DNA of 57,512 bases from the IMG/VR virus record IMGVR_UViG_3300037225_000305, one strand, 5' to 3'. Origin of the DNA: a virus. Positions 33,811 through 43,867 of this stretch are shown here, in pieces. Position 1 is the stretch's first letter. The number at the start of each line of letters is the position of its first letter. The notes under the pieces were generated by a model. It was not told the DNA's origin. It ran no database searches and saw only the letters and a list, made by a program, of their open reading frames with translations. The translations under genes and the position numbers were made by a program.

Positions 33811-35691
33811 TCATTTCTTCTCGAAACTACTCAACGGCGGGCGAGTGCCGGCTGGTGGAGTACGCGGCGTCACCTCTTCGTTTCCCACTACGTCCTCGTA
33901 CTGTTGCCCGTACAGTTCAGGAACGATCTCCTGCTTTATTCTTTTTCGTAAAGAACGTAATTCCTGGGAATACCCCTTCGTCTTTAAGGTAGTCTCGTTC
34001 TTCATCCGATCCACCATCGCCTTAGTATTCCCGGTGGTGAATCCTTCTCGCATCAGATCCCCGGCGCTGTGCAACGCTTCGACCGGGACTTGCGCGATGG
34101 ACATGCCGCCGCCAGAAATGACGCGGGCATATTCGTTTCGTACCGCTGCCAGAGCCAACCCATAACTTACGGCGTCTTCCGATACCCCGTCTACGTTGAA
34201 TTCACGCGCCCCGGACATCAGCCACTCGTTGATTTTGGTGACATCGCCATTTGGCAATTTTTTCCGCAAGTTCGTAAGAACATCAGCGTGTAATGCCAAA
34301 GCGTCTTCCAGTGCCGCGTTGCCGTGTGTGATTAGGTTCAGACGGTCATACGCCTTTTGGTCAGACTTCCGAGCTTCACTACGGGCGTCAAGTTCGGTGG
34401 CGGTAAGGCCCGTTAGTTCCCGAATGGTTGATACCCCTTTATCAAAACGAGAACGCAAAGCGGTCCCCATCCCCAAACCGCCTTTCATAATCCCCGAAAG
34501 GTAGTTGGTCGCAAACGTCACGTCGGCGCGTTGTATTTTATTCAGCCGTTCGATTGGCTTCTGCGTTGGGGATGTTTGGGGGGCGATGTCTCCCACTGGC
34601 GCGTTCGCGGCGACAGCGGCTTGTCCAACAGTGACGTGAAGTTCATTGGCCTTCTCCGTCGTGTCCAAGTGCTTCAGGGTTTTGTTTGCCGCCTCGACCT
34701 TAATGCGGGATTCCGACCAGTCAGGGTGAATGGCCCGCAACGCCGATTCCCGCGTGCCGAGTTCTCCCGTATCCAGCTTATCCGGCTTCTTGAGTGCTTC
34801 CTGTTCCTGCGTGGCCGTGAGTTTCGCGCCGGGAGCAATGTGGTTCTTCTCGCGGTAGGCCGCGAGCGCCCGCCCCTCTTCTTCCGAGTATTTAGAATGG
34901 GCGGCAGTCCCCGTCTTGTCGATGTCCGCAACGTCCGCAACGTCAATCGACTTCCCGTCGAGGGTTGTGATCTTTCCATCTGTCCCTTGCAATGCCGGAA
35001 CCCAGTCTCCCGTGGACTTCTGCTTGACGTGGATGTCAGTTGCCTTAGGCGCGGCGGGCTGCTTCGGCTCCGCAGCCGGGAGGCCGTGATGAATCCGGTC
35101 CAACTCCTCCATCGACCTGTAAAGCTCCATCGTCCGCTCCTGCTGCTTCTCGGGAGGGAGGGGGAGTTCCGTAACGCGCTTTAACTGATCCTGATAGAAC
35201 GAACGGTTGGCGTTGTACAGGGTTTCGTTTTCTCGCTGCGTCTCTTCAAACTTCTGGCGCTGAAGGCCAATCGTGCGCTGGTCCGCTTCGTCCTGCTGCT
35301 GTTTCAGCGCCTCGCGTTCTTCGGCGGCGGACGGGAACAGCGACTTGTCGGAGTCGTACCAATTATCGCCGCCCTTCTGTTTGCCGTGCTTCGCGGCGGG
35401 CTTCGCTTGCGACAACTGCCCCGCGCCGCCCTCTGCCGAGGACGAACCGTAATCCTTCCCCTTCGCCTGCCCCTTCGCGTCAGCCTGCGCCGTCTTCGTC
35501 AGCAGGTTGTGGAACATCTCGTGGTTCTGACCCTTGAGGCCGATCTTCTTGAGGGCTTCCTTCGCGTACTCGGACTTCTTCTCCGGGTTCATGCTGGACT
35601 GCATGACGTGGGAAAGCGCCTCGATCTGAAGCTGCTTCTCCTGCCGCTTGCTGGCGAACTCCTGCCCGATCAGTTCGGTAATAAGTCCCAT
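33811..35691 (-). CDS. Internal-virion or tape-measure-like helical protein (626 aa)
   Basis: Long coiled-coil regions; shares DYGSSSAxGGAGxLS with the 74-aa upstream protein. Confidence 0.45.
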   Translation of the reverse strand: MGLITELIGQEFASKRQEKQLQIEALSHVMQSSMNPEKKSEYAKEALKKIGLKGQNHEMFHNLLTKTAQADAKGQAKGKDYGSSSAEGGAGQLSQAKPAAKHGKQKGGDNWYDSDKSLFPSAAEEREALKQQQDEADQRTIGLQRQKFEETQRENETLYNANRSFYQDQLKRVTELPLPPEKQQERTMELYRSMEELDRIHHGLPAAEPKQPAAPKATDIHVKQKSTGDWVPALQGTDGKITTLDGKSIDVADVADIDKTGTAAHSKYSEEEGRALAAYREKNHIAPGAKLTATQEQEALKKPDKLDTGELGTRESALRAIHPDWSESRIKVEAANKTLKHLDTTEKANELHVTVGQAAVAANAPVGDIAPQTSPTQKPIERLNKIQRADVTFATNYLSGIMKGGLGMGTALRSRFDKGVSTIRELTGLTATELDARSEARKSDQKAYDRLNLITHGNAALEDALALHADVLTNLRKKLPNGDVTKINEWLMSGAREFNVDGVSEDAVSYGLALAAVRNEYARVISGGGMSIAQVPVEALHSAGDLMREGFTTGNTKAMVDRMKNETTLKTKGYSQELRSLRKRIKQEIVPELYGQQYEDVVGNEEVTPRTPPAGTRPPLSSFEKK

Positions 35692-35694
35692 AGC

Positions 35695-35919
35695 TTAATC
35701 GCTGTACTTGGATGCCCGCTTGAGTTGGCGCTTCGACAGGTTGCCCGCGCCACCGGCAGCGGATGACGAACCGTAGTCCAGGCCCTTGCTTGCCGAACTC
35801 TTCCCGGTAGAAATCTCACCGCCAGAGTCGCCGCCCTTACTCCCGCCCTTTGATATGCTCTTTTCAGCCAACTTCGATTGTGCTTTTTTGATCGCCAACT
35901 TCACGAGAAATCCTGCCAT
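35695..35919 (-). CDS. Small Gly/Ser/Lys-rich virion-module protein (74 aa)
   Basis: AGGAGG RBS; ATG; low-complexity sequence. Confidence 0.5.
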   Translation of the reverse strand: MAGFLVKLAIKKAQSKLAEKSISKGGSKGGDSGGEISTGKSSASKGLDYGSSSAAGGAGNLSKRQLKRASKYSD

Positions 35920-35927
35920 ACGGCCTC

Positions 35928-36434
35928 CTACAGCAATGCGTTGAGAATCCCAATTGTCTGCCCGCGTTCCGCCACTCCCGCCTGGAGCATCTGCGCAATG
36001 GCCTGCATCCCCATGTCCGACTCCTTCAGCCCAGCGTCCGTAATCTGCCCCGCGATAGCCGAAGATTCCTTCGCCGCCTGGGGACGCAACTTCTGCATGA
36101 GACCCGCCACATCGCCGGCCTGACTGAACTCCGACTGCGCGACGGCCTCGTTCGTACCGCCCGACCGGGAACCCGTCGCCGCCATCTGTTTCCGCTTGGC
36201 GCGGTACTGCGAAAGGATGTCGGCTTTCTCCGGTGCCGTGGCGCTCTCCATCTCGGACTTGTTGCCGCTCAAGATGGAATTCCAGTAGTCGAGCGCGGGG
36301 CCGAAGTCCTGAATCCCCTTCTGGTAGTTCTGTTGGCCGCTGGCGAAGGAATCGTTGCCGTACCCGGTGAGTTGCGTCTTGGTCTGGCTGAGATCGGGCG
36401 TCTTGTTTGAGCTCGGGTAGTAGGCATTGGCCAT
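35928..36434 (-). CDS. Hypothetical virion-module protein (168 aa)
   Basis: ATG; tightly packed in the late operon. Confidence 0.6.
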   Translation of the reverse strand: MANAYYPSSNKTPDLSQTKTQLTGYGNDSFASGQQNYQKGIQDFGPALDYWNSILSGNKSEMESATAPEKADILSQYRAKRKQMAATGSRSGGTNEAVAQSEFSQAGDVAGLMQKLRPQAAKESSAIAGQITDAGLKESDMGMQAIAQMLQAGVAERGQTIGILNALL

Positions 36435-36435
36435 G

Positions 36436-36825
36436 TCAGATTTCCCAAACCTGGACGTTAAGCGTGACCGTCGAAGTCACAGCCTTGCACCAAATCGAGC
36501 CAAAGTACACGCCATTGATGGCAGCCGAACGAATCGTATCCGAGATCCCACCGTTGGGGGAAGCGGTCGCACCGCTCAACACCATACCGGCCTGGACCAC
36601 GCCGTTAAGCGTGGTCCCTACGTTCTGATTTCCGAACATGCAAGACAGCGCGGCGCTGGTAGTGGGGTCAATTTGGATTGTCACCTCACGGAAGGTCGAG
36701 CCGAACATTCCCGCGCCGAGCCCAAGCATCGTTTCGCAAAGCGCCTGAAGATTGGCCGCCGTGCTGGTCACCTGAACGGACACCGCCCGGTAGCCCTGCC
36801 GAAGTGGAGCATTCTGCTTTGACAT
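36436..36825 (-). CDS. Hypothetical virion-module protein (129 aa)
   Basis: GGGAGA RBS; ATG. Confidence 0.6.
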   Translation of the reverse strand: MSKQNAPLRQGYRAVSVQVTSTAANLQALCETMLGLGAGMFGSTFREVTIQIDPTTSAALSCMFGNQNVGTTLNGVVQAGMVLSGATASPNGGISDTIRSAAINGVYFGSIWCKAVTSTVTLNVQVWEI

Positions 36826-36855
36826 CGTATCTCCCTAAGCGGATTGTACACCCTG

Positions 36856-37614
36856 TTATTGCCGGAAAAAAGGACGAAGCACTACCGCTCCGTAGAAACT
36901 GCCCGTTGCCGCGATGTTCCCCGTGCCCACCGTGCCGCCGAATTCCGCAATCGTCGGGCTGGTCGTGAGGTTCGGCAACGAAGCCGCGCCGCCGCTGCCG
37001 GTGGTGCCCAGCGTCCCGTCAGCCTTCAGAAACGTCGCCTGCCCGCCGCTGCACAGGAACCACCCAGTTCCAGGGTCCACCACGAACCCCTGCACGAAAC
37101 CCGATCCGCCATCCCCCGGTCCCCAACCCCACGCTGCGCCACCCCATTCCAGCAGATGCGCGTAGTCGGTGACGTTCACCAGGAACCCGGCATCGCCAGC
37201 CCCAAGGTCTGTCGGCAAGGTCGCCTGTGCCGTAGCCATGATTCCAGCCACGTACACCCACTGTGCCGACAGCACCACGTACAGCACCGTGCGGTCGGTC
37301 TCAAAGTACAACGTGCCGTTCGGGTGCGCGCTAGCCGCCCCGCGAGTGGCGTGGGTGCCAGCGAAGGTAACCCCCGCGCCGGTCGCCGTGCCGGGAGTGC
37401 CGGTAGCGTTGGTGATGTTCAGAACGGTGGATGCGGCTTGCTGCGCCACTGTCTGCGCGATGGCGTGGGCCTGGGGAACAGTGACGGCGGAAGACTTGAG
37501 CGTGGTGACGTGCTCCTGGTTGACGGAAACCTGCCGAGCGATGTCTTCCAGGCGGCGGGCCAGGTCGGAGGGAAGCCCGAAGCCCTGGAACGATTTGTTG
37601 CCTAATCCAGCCAT
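36856..37614 (-). CDS. Tail fibre protein with phage-tail-collar-like domain (252 aa from ATG 37614; an upstream TTG at 37713 is possible)
   Basis: GTGWFLCSGGQATFLKADG...LPNL fits the tail-collar pattern (P.GW..CDG......LP.L). Confidence 0.6.
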   Translation of the reverse strand: MAGLGNKSFQGFGLPSDLARRLEDIARQVSVNQEHVTTLKSSAVTVPQAHAIAQTVAQQAASTVLNITNATGTPGTATGAGVTFAGTHATRGAASAHPNGTLYFETDRTVLYVVLSAQWVYVAGIMATAQATLPTDLGAGDAGFLVNVTDYAHLLEWGGAAWGWGPGDGGSGFVQGFVVDPGTGWFLCSGGQATFLKADGTLGTTGSGGAASLPNLTTSPTIAEFGGTVGTGNIAATGSFYGAVVLRPFFRQ

Positions 37615-37825
37615 CAAATTGATTCTAGCGCCATTTTGTGATAGGCTGAATTCGCTGGTAGCTCCAGCAGGAATTGTCCAGACCGGGGAGCGGTCCGTAC
37701 CGCCGCTCCCCAACTGGCTACAATTCCAGGTACGATATGCAAACCTTCCACAATTCGGGTTCTCCGATTCAAAACCAAGGCCATTTCGTTCCCCCCGCCA
37801 GATCTAAGGTAATCAGGTAGAAAAA

Positions 37826-37975
37826 ATGCAACAAGACGAACTTCAAAAACAGTGGATTCAGGCGATTGAATCGGACGACGAACACGAAAGACGTTGGTCA
37901 GCGATAGAAATTCCCGCTCCCACTGAAAACCACAAACATCAAGACCCCGGCGACGATGGACTCGCTCCGTGGTAG
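37826..37975 (+). CDS. Opposite-strand acidic microprotein (49 aa) in an AT-rich gap of the late operon
   Basis: Hand translation MQQDELQKQWIQAIESDDEHERRWSAIEIPAPTENHKHQDPGDDGLAPW; weak AGGTAG upstream. Confidence 0.3.
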   Translation: MQQDELQKQWIQAIESDDEHERRWSAIEIPAPTENHKHQDPGDDGLAPW

Positions 37976-37982
37976 GCAAACT

Positions 37983-40900
37983 CTAAATTCGCGCACCCTG
38001 CGTGCCGGGTTGCCCGAACGGTCGTAGCACGCCGTAGGCTTCGTTCGATGCCCACTGCTTCGCCACCACCTCGAAATCGTCGGCGAACACTCGCACGGCG
38101 TCCCCCGTGATGCTCAAGTCGTAGAACATGCCCTTGTTGGGCGGCAGCGGCACGTACACCTTTTGGTACGCGCCAGATAGCGCAACAGTGACCGACCACG
38201 AACCGTACTCACACGACCCGGAGACCACGCAAGAGCCGGTCCCCATGACGGCGGGCCGAAGTTCGCGCACATGCAAGTACCCCTCGACGCCGAACGATGA
38301 CGGCTGAGGATGCCAGAACCCGGTGGCTTCCGGCGCGGGCGTGCCGATGGGTTCGACGGCGAACAATTCCCAAACGTCGCCCCCATCTGTAGGTGTTAGT
38401 CTGACACGATGCGCGATGACCGGGACAAACGAGTACGGGATTTGCACTTCGCCGTTGTGATTCATCGTCAGCGTGAACACGCCGCCACCAGTCGGGAAAC
38501 CGTCCCATTGAACCTGAATCGTACGCTCCACGCCGAACGTGTTGGCCGTGATGCGAAAGCCCTGGAGCCAAGTACTCTGCCCGAGGTCGATCCAATCCGT
38601 CGTGCGTAGTTGCGTGCGTTCCGGCTTCGGCAGCGCCGAAATCTCGAATCCGTAGAGCGAAGAAACCCCGGTCCAAGTGAAGGCCAGCGCCAGGTTGACG
38701 TTCTGCGCACCGAGCCCAGCCGCGATGTCGATGGGGATTCGGTTGACGTTCTGCGCGCCGGTCAGCACCGAACTGCCCACGTTGACTGAAAGGTTGTCGG
38801 CAAGCAGATTCACCGTCATGGCGGTAGCGTCCACGAACGCATCGCCGAACTGTTTCAACGCTCGGAAGTCCCCCAAGTTGAATGCCGCCGTGGTGGCTGC
38901 GCAGGAGATTCCGCCTCCAGAGTCATTCAGACCCGCCGCAAACTGACAAATCGTTCCGTTCGCGCAACCGCACAGGACCGTGATGCTGTTCGTCGCTTCG
39001 TCCTGGTAGTGGAGCGCCACGCCGGGAGTGTAGGAGTCGAACCACCAGCCAGGCGAATCGGGCTTGTAGGCCAGCGTCTTGTACGTGCCGTTGATGTCGA
39101 GGAAGTCGAAGTACAGCCAGCCGTTCTTGCAGTACGCGAGTCGCGGCGCCACGTTGAGCGGCGGTGGAGCGTACCCGTTGACCGCCACGCCCGCCACGCC
39201 TTCGTGAGGCAGGTAGGGGTATAGGTCGTCCTTTGAGATGATTTGCGCCGGCCCGAGCGCGGTCTGCGCGATCCCGTTGCGCGTCCAGAAGTAGATTTGT
39301 GGTCCCGGAGCGAAGGCCCACGGTGCCAGTAGCCCGCAGCCAGTCGGTACTTCCGAGAAAGCGTACGGCGTGGTCAGATTCCCCGTAGTAGTGCCACCAA
39401 AGAACCGTTCGCCAGTCATCGCTACCACATATCCGTTCCAGGTGGTCACCCCGAGGATGGGTTCGCCGCTGCTGGTCAGGTCCACGAATCCCGAGGTCGC
39501 CGCGCCTTCCGGGTTTGTCCGGTTGGCAAAGTAGATGCGGCCTTGGTTGATCGGGTCGCCAGCCGCAAAGAGAGTTTCGTCGAACGGGTTGGTCAGGTAA
39601 GGCAGCGGGTTCCCGAACGTGGTGGGGCTGGCGATGAGAAAAGGAACGCCCGCCGCCGCGACGATGGTTTCCTCGATCTGGAATGCGTTGGCAGTGGGAA
39701 GCCCGCGAATTACCGTCGCAATGCCGTTGATGAGAACCGTGGTCCCGATGCAGAGGTTTGTCGGGATGACAACCGAAGTGGCGAACACGCTGGTTCCCAC
39801 GACCGTGCATGTGCCCGAGACAGGCAACTGCTGAACCGGCCACGGTTGATTTACGGACAGGTCGAACGGGTCGCCAAGTTGCGCGTCGGCGAAGTTGTCG
39901 AGGAACGTGCCGGTCCCGCCCGCCGTGTTGTTGGCAATCGAACCGACGTAGAGCGGCGTGCCGTTCACGCTGGCACCCACTCGGGCGATGTCGATGGTGT
40001 CGCACTGCGGGTCGGTGCTGTAGTCCACGGACACCTGAATCCCTTGCCGCGAAGGGAACAGCCCGTACCGGGTCAGTGGCGACGGGGTGCTGATGGCCCC
40101 CGTGATCGTGGACCGATACCGATAGTGATACTTCATTGGGTTGTCGGGGTTGATGGACTCCGGGGCATTCGGCCCGTACGTGCCCCCGATCCACCACGAG
40201 TCTACTTTGATATTAGTGGCACCCACAACCGTAGCTTCTATCCGAATCGCTTTGATGTTCTGAAAGCCTACGGTTTGGTCATTCCCTACCCGCGTGAGAC
40301 CAGAAATCGGGAGAAAGACTTCGCTCCATTGGTTGCCTCCGAGGGAGAGGGAATACGAATTTGCCAAGTTCTGCAATGCCGCAATCTGCTGCTGGAGGGC
40401 AGGCGTGTTGTTCGAATGGGAGGTCGAGAACAACTCTGCAATTCCTAAGGTTAAAATGTCTGCCGCCGTTCCTGGACTTGAACCAGTGGTGCCTTGAGCC
40501 TGCGCTTGCAGAGATGCAATCTGGTCTTGTGTGGCTCGAAGATTGGCTAAGGTTGCCTGCGCTGCTGCCGAGCTTTGCAACCCGACCGATGCCTGCTGGA
40601 AGACGTTGTTGGTGATCTCCGTGTAGTAGTAGTTGTGCAGAAAGTCGTTGGTGGTGTTGTCCACATCGAGAAGGATACGAATGCTCGAAATGTTTGAGAG
40701 CATGTCGATATTCATGCTTACGTGCATCCAGTCGTTTGGCCCGACAGCGCGCCCTCCGATATTCGATAAGTCTTGGCTGCTTGTCAGGCTCATCGTTCCC
40801 ACACCAGGTGCGGTGACTGTGCCGGTAACGGCGGTAGTGAGCGCGTTGCCTGTGACCGCCTCTCCGTTCGCATGAGTCACGGCGAAGTACATGCGCGCGC

Positions 40901-41831
40901 AGAAGTAGAACGTCACAGCGTCCCCCGCCGCGTGGAACCCAGATGTCACGCACCGGAAACTTACGTTATTGTCCTCTCCGATGGCGACGGACAGCACGCG
41001 CACGAACTCGCCGCCAATCGAAATCAGAGAGTCGCGCTGGAGGACGACGCTGTTCGCGGTCAGGACGACGCAGCAGGGACCGCCCACTCCCGCATCGTAG
41101 GCAATCTGAGCCACGGTGGTTGGCGAACCCATCGCGGTCCCGATGACATCCTGGATGACGGAAGATTCGCTTCCGACGATGATGCGCGCGCCGGCCGCAA
41201 TCCACGCGGTCGCTGTCGTGGTGAAGTTTACGCACGCCCAGCCGGTAGTCCCGGAGTCGAACAGGACTTCGTTGATAGTGGTCGCCGCAGGGACGCGCGC
41301 CACAGCCGTGATGGCGCCCGCCGTTCCGCCCGGTACCCAACCGGAAGCCGAGTCGAAATCGGAGATGGCTTGGTAGCGCGGCGTGGTCAAAAGAGAGCCA
41401 GGCGGACTCGCCGGAGGAACGAGTCCCACCTGGAATCGCGTGCCGTCTGACGCGCGAATCTTACTGTATCGTTGTGAATCCGCGACGTAGAGGAAGGGAC
41501 GGACGGACTCGCTCGGTTGGTAGGACGCGAACGAGAGCGGGTTGCCAGAGAATCCGGTGTCCACCTGCACGCCGTCCTGGTAGAGCACGCCGCCAGCGCC
41601 AGAGTACCGCCGCGTCACCACGCCGTCACTGAAGGATTTTATCGAGTGTACAGGGACACCAGATCCGGTGTTCTGAAACGCAGCGAGGGCGTCCCGCGTG
41701 GTCAACGATGCGCCCACGTTACGGACGTTCGTGCCGACGAGCAACTGGTCTTGCGGGCACTGATCCGGCTGGCACGCCAGGTTCACGCCCTTGAACGTCG
41801 CCCGCTGCTGCACTCTTTTGAAGTCTGCCAT
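37983..41831 (-). CDS. Very large virion (tail/baseplate-like) protein (1282 aa)
   Basis: Single uninterrupted ATG ORF in the late operon; function not recognisable by eye. Confidence 0.7.
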   Translation of the reverse strand: MADFKRVQQRATFKGVNLACQPDQCPQDQLLVGTNVRNVGASLTTRDALAAFQNTGSGVPVHSIKSFSDGVVTRRYSGAGGVLYQDGVQVDTGFSGNPLSFASYQPSESVRPFLYVADSQRYSKIRASDGTRFQVGLVPPASPPGSLLTTPRYQAISDFDSASGWVPGGTAGAITAVARVPAATTINEVLFDSGTTGWACVNFTTTATAWIAAGARIIVGSESSVIQDVIGTAMGSPTTVAQIAYDAGVGGPCCVVLTANSVVLQRDSLISIGGEFVRVLSVAIGEDNNVSFRCVTSGFHAAGDAVTFYFCARMYFAVTHANGEAVTGNALTTAVTGTVTAPGVGTMSLTSSQDLSNIGGRAVGPNDWMHVSMNIDMLSNISSIRILLDVDNTTNDFLHNYYYTEITNNVFQQASVGLQSSAAAQATLANLRATQDQIASLQAQAQGTTGSSPGTAADILTLGIAELFSTSHSNNTPALQQQIAALQNLANSYSLSLGGNQWSEVFLPISGLTRVGNDQTVGFQNIKAIRIEATVVGATNIKVDSWWIGGTYGPNAPESINPDNPMKYHYRYRSTITGAISTPSPLTRYGLFPSRQGIQVSVDYSTDPQCDTIDIARVGASVNGTPLYVGSIANNTAGGTGTFLDNFADAQLGDPFDLSVNQPWPVQQLPVSGTCTVVGTSVFATSVVIPTNLCIGTTVLINGIATVIRGLPTANAFQIEETIVAAAGVPFLIASPTTFGNPLPYLTNPFDETLFAAGDPINQGRIYFANRTNPEGAATSGFVDLTSSGEPILGVTTWNGYVVAMTGERFFGGTTTGNLTTPYAFSEVPTGCGLLAPWAFAPGPQIYFWTRNGIAQTALGPAQIISKDDLYPYLPHEGVAGVAVNGYAPPPLNVAPRLAYCKNGWLYFDFLDINGTYKTLAYKPDSPGWWFDSYTPGVALHYQDEATNSITVLCGCANGTICQFAAGLNDSGGGISCAATTAAFNLGDFRALKQFGDAFVDATAMTVNLLADNLSVNVGSSVLTGAQNVNRIPIDIAAGLGAQNVNLALAFTWTGVSSLYGFEISALPKPERTQLRTTDWIDLGQSTWLQGFRITANTFGVERTIQVQWDGFPTGGGVFTLTMNHNGEVQIPYSFVPVIAHRVRLTPTDGGDVWELFAVEPIGTPAPEATGFWHPQPSSFGVEGYLHVRELRPAVMGTGSCVVSGSCEYGSWSVTVALSGAYQKVYVPLPPNKGMFYDLSITGDAVRVFADDFEVVAKQWASNEAYGVLRPFGQPGTQGARI

Positions 41832-41832
41832 A

Positions 41833-41958
41833 TCAACTCATACTCATTAGAATCCGCATCTCGTGTTCGTTTCCCACGTTCCACAATACGGCGCAATAGT
41901 TGCGCGCGTACTGTTCGTGGCAGCAGGGAAAGCCGAAAGCGCGCAGCCAAAATGTCAT
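41833..41958 (-). CDS. Cys-rich microprotein (41 aa)
   Basis: ATGA overlap with the upstream stop; its own stop is 1 nt before the next ATG; MTFWLRAFGFPCCHEQYARNYCAVLWNVGNEHEMRILMSMS; third-position G/C high. Confidence 0.4.
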   Translation of the reverse strand: MTFWLRAFGFPCCHEQYARNYCAVLWNVGNEHEMRILMSMS

Positions 41959-43271
41959 GCACTTACCTCTTCGGCCTTCGCCGCCTCGTAAGGTTCGTTC
42001 AGGTTCTCGATCTTAGCCACGTCGCGCAACGCATCGAAGTCAATCGCTTGCGCCCGCTCCCGGCTGGTGTAGGCTTCGGCCACGGTCAGGAACTCCTGGT
42101 ACGCACCGAGAGAACCTTCCCACTCTTGGCCCCCCATTTTGAACGCTGCGAGATGCTGGCCGTTGTTCAGGATGGCGGTCACGATGTCGGTCGGGCAATC
42201 GAATGGGGCACCGTCCGCGTAGGACGCCGGGGAGTTTCCCACCACGTCGAGCGCGATGTTGTACGCCTGATCGGGAACCGGGTTGAGCGCGACCAAGTTC
42301 CTGCCGGCGTTCGCCACCACGGTCGGCAGTCCCGGCGTCCCGTTGCGCCACCCGTCGTTCCAGTGGTCGAGCGCGTGAAGCGTGACCGGCTGCTGCGTGA
42401 ACCCTCCGGGGTACGCCTGCATGACGCACGGACACGTCTTCATCAACTGAAGCGCCCCGCGAAACCGCTGCTGCGCGTAGGAGGCACGGCGAAAGTCCCG
42501 ACTTTGGGCATCTTGTGACAAAACTGAGGCCAGAATTCCCCACGGTAGGGCAAAAGTCGAATCGTCGGGAATTCCCAAAGTTTGGGGTGCCCCCATCACG
42601 TACGGATTCGAGTTCGTCACCAGCAGGTCGAGCGACCCCTCGTTGACCGGCGACGGAATGAGTTGCATGACGAATGGGCGGGTCAGTGCCACCGAGTACG
42701 CCGTGGGAAGCGAGGGGTTCTGGCTCCACTGGTAGGACCAGCCGCTTGCCGTCATCTCATCCGACCGATGGCACTCTCCCCAGATGCCGGTGAAGGTGTC
42801 CTGCCATTCCGCCCGGTGAACCTGAATCACAGAAGACGGCAGGGTAGCCCTTCCTTGAGGCGGCGGTGGCCCAGGAACGCCTGGAAGCCACGAGACTACC
42901 ATCCAGGCCTCCCCGATGACCTCCTCGCGTCTCTGGTCAAATGCCGCCGCTACGGTGCCTATCGAGAACTGCCCGGTGTTGATGTAGTTGGCTTCGGCCC
43001 CGGAGTACTCCAGCAGGTGAAAGCCGACTTGAGCGAGGATGTCGGTGTCGAGGACGGTGAAGGGGATCGCCCCATTCGCGTGAAGGTCGTAGTACGGGAT
43101 ACCAGCGGCGGTCGTCAGTTGGACCGTCTGCCGCCAGTACCCCGTGAGCACCTGGAATTCCCGGATCGCTTGCCGGATGTAGATGCCGAGTTCGGCAAGG
43201 TTCCAGAAGTCTGTTCCAGAACTCAGGCCGAGCCGCTGCGCGAGAAGGGATTCCAGGTTGGTTATGGTCAC
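41955..43271 (-). CDS. Hypothetical virion protein (438 aa, GTG start)
   Basis: AGGAG 7 nt upstream of GTG; late operon. Confidence 0.65.
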   Translation of the reverse strand: MTITNLESLLAQRLGLSSGTDFWNLAELGIYIRQAIREFQVLTGYWRQTVQLTTAAGIPYYDLHANGAIPFTVLDTDILAQVGFHLLEYSGAEANYINTGQFSIGTVAAAFDQRREEVIGEAWMVVSWLPGVPGPPPPQGRATLPSSVIQVHRAEWQDTFTGIWGECHRSDEMTASGWSYQWSQNPSLPTAYSVALTRPFVMQLIPSPVNEGSLDLLVTNSNPYVMGAPQTLGIPDDSTFALPWGILASVLSQDAQSRDFRRASYAQQRFRGALQLMKTCPCVMQAYPGGFTQQPVTLHALDHWNDGWRNGTPGLPTVVANAGRNLVALNPVPDQAYNIALDVVGNSPASYADGAPFDCPTDIVTAILNNGQHLAAFKMGGQEWEGSLGAYQEFLTVAEAYTSRERAQAIDFDALRDVAKIENLNEPYEAAKAEEVSA

Positions 43272-43280
43272 GCGAAACTC

Positions 43281-43865
43281 CTACGCTGCCGGAGGCGCTG
43301 GAGTCGCAGGAGCCACCGGCCCAACAGCGGCGCCAATGGCCTTCATCCCTTCCACTACGGTCTTTACGGTCGCCCCCACGGTCGTAACGATGGTCGGCGA
43401 AAGCGGTTGCTTTCCCTGCGAAGTCAAAATGGAATTGATGGCGGTGAAGGTGGCGTTCGTGCCAGCCGTCACAACCGCTGCCTTCTGTTCGCCCGTCATG
43501 GGCGTAGTGAAGGTGTTGCTTATAGCCTCGATCCCGACCGCAGCCGCATTGGCCTGCGTCATCATCCCAGCGATGGCGGCACCATCGGTGCCCCCAACTG
43601 CCGCAGCCACGATGGGAGCGGCGAGTTGATCCGCCACTTCCACCGCATGTAAGATTGTCAAGAAACTCGTTAACCAACTCATCGTTTGCCTCTCGGGTAC
43701 AATGTACCCCGGAATACGCCACGTCTCCGGGTGGCTCCGCGCCAACGATACCGCGTTGGCTCGGTTGATGAACTTCCACTCATCGTACAGGCCGAGACCG
43801 TAGGGCGCGTCGGTGATGCTGTAAACGGCCTGCCTGCCTCGGTAGGTTTCAATCAGTACCTCCAC
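43281..43865 (-). CDS. Hypothetical protein (194 aa, GTG start)
   Basis: Late operon; Ala/Thr-rich C-terminal half. Confidence 0.55.
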   Translation of the reverse strand: MEVLIETYRGRQAVYSITDAPYGLGLYDEWKFINRANAVSLARSHPETWRIPGYIVPERQTMSWLTSFLTILHAVEVADQLAAPIVAAAVGGTDGAAIAGMMTQANAAAVGIEAISNTFTTPMTGEQKAAVVTAGTNATFTAINSILTSQGKQPLSPTIVTTVGATVKTVVEGMKAIGAAVGPVAPATPAPPAA

Positions 43866-43867
43866 GA

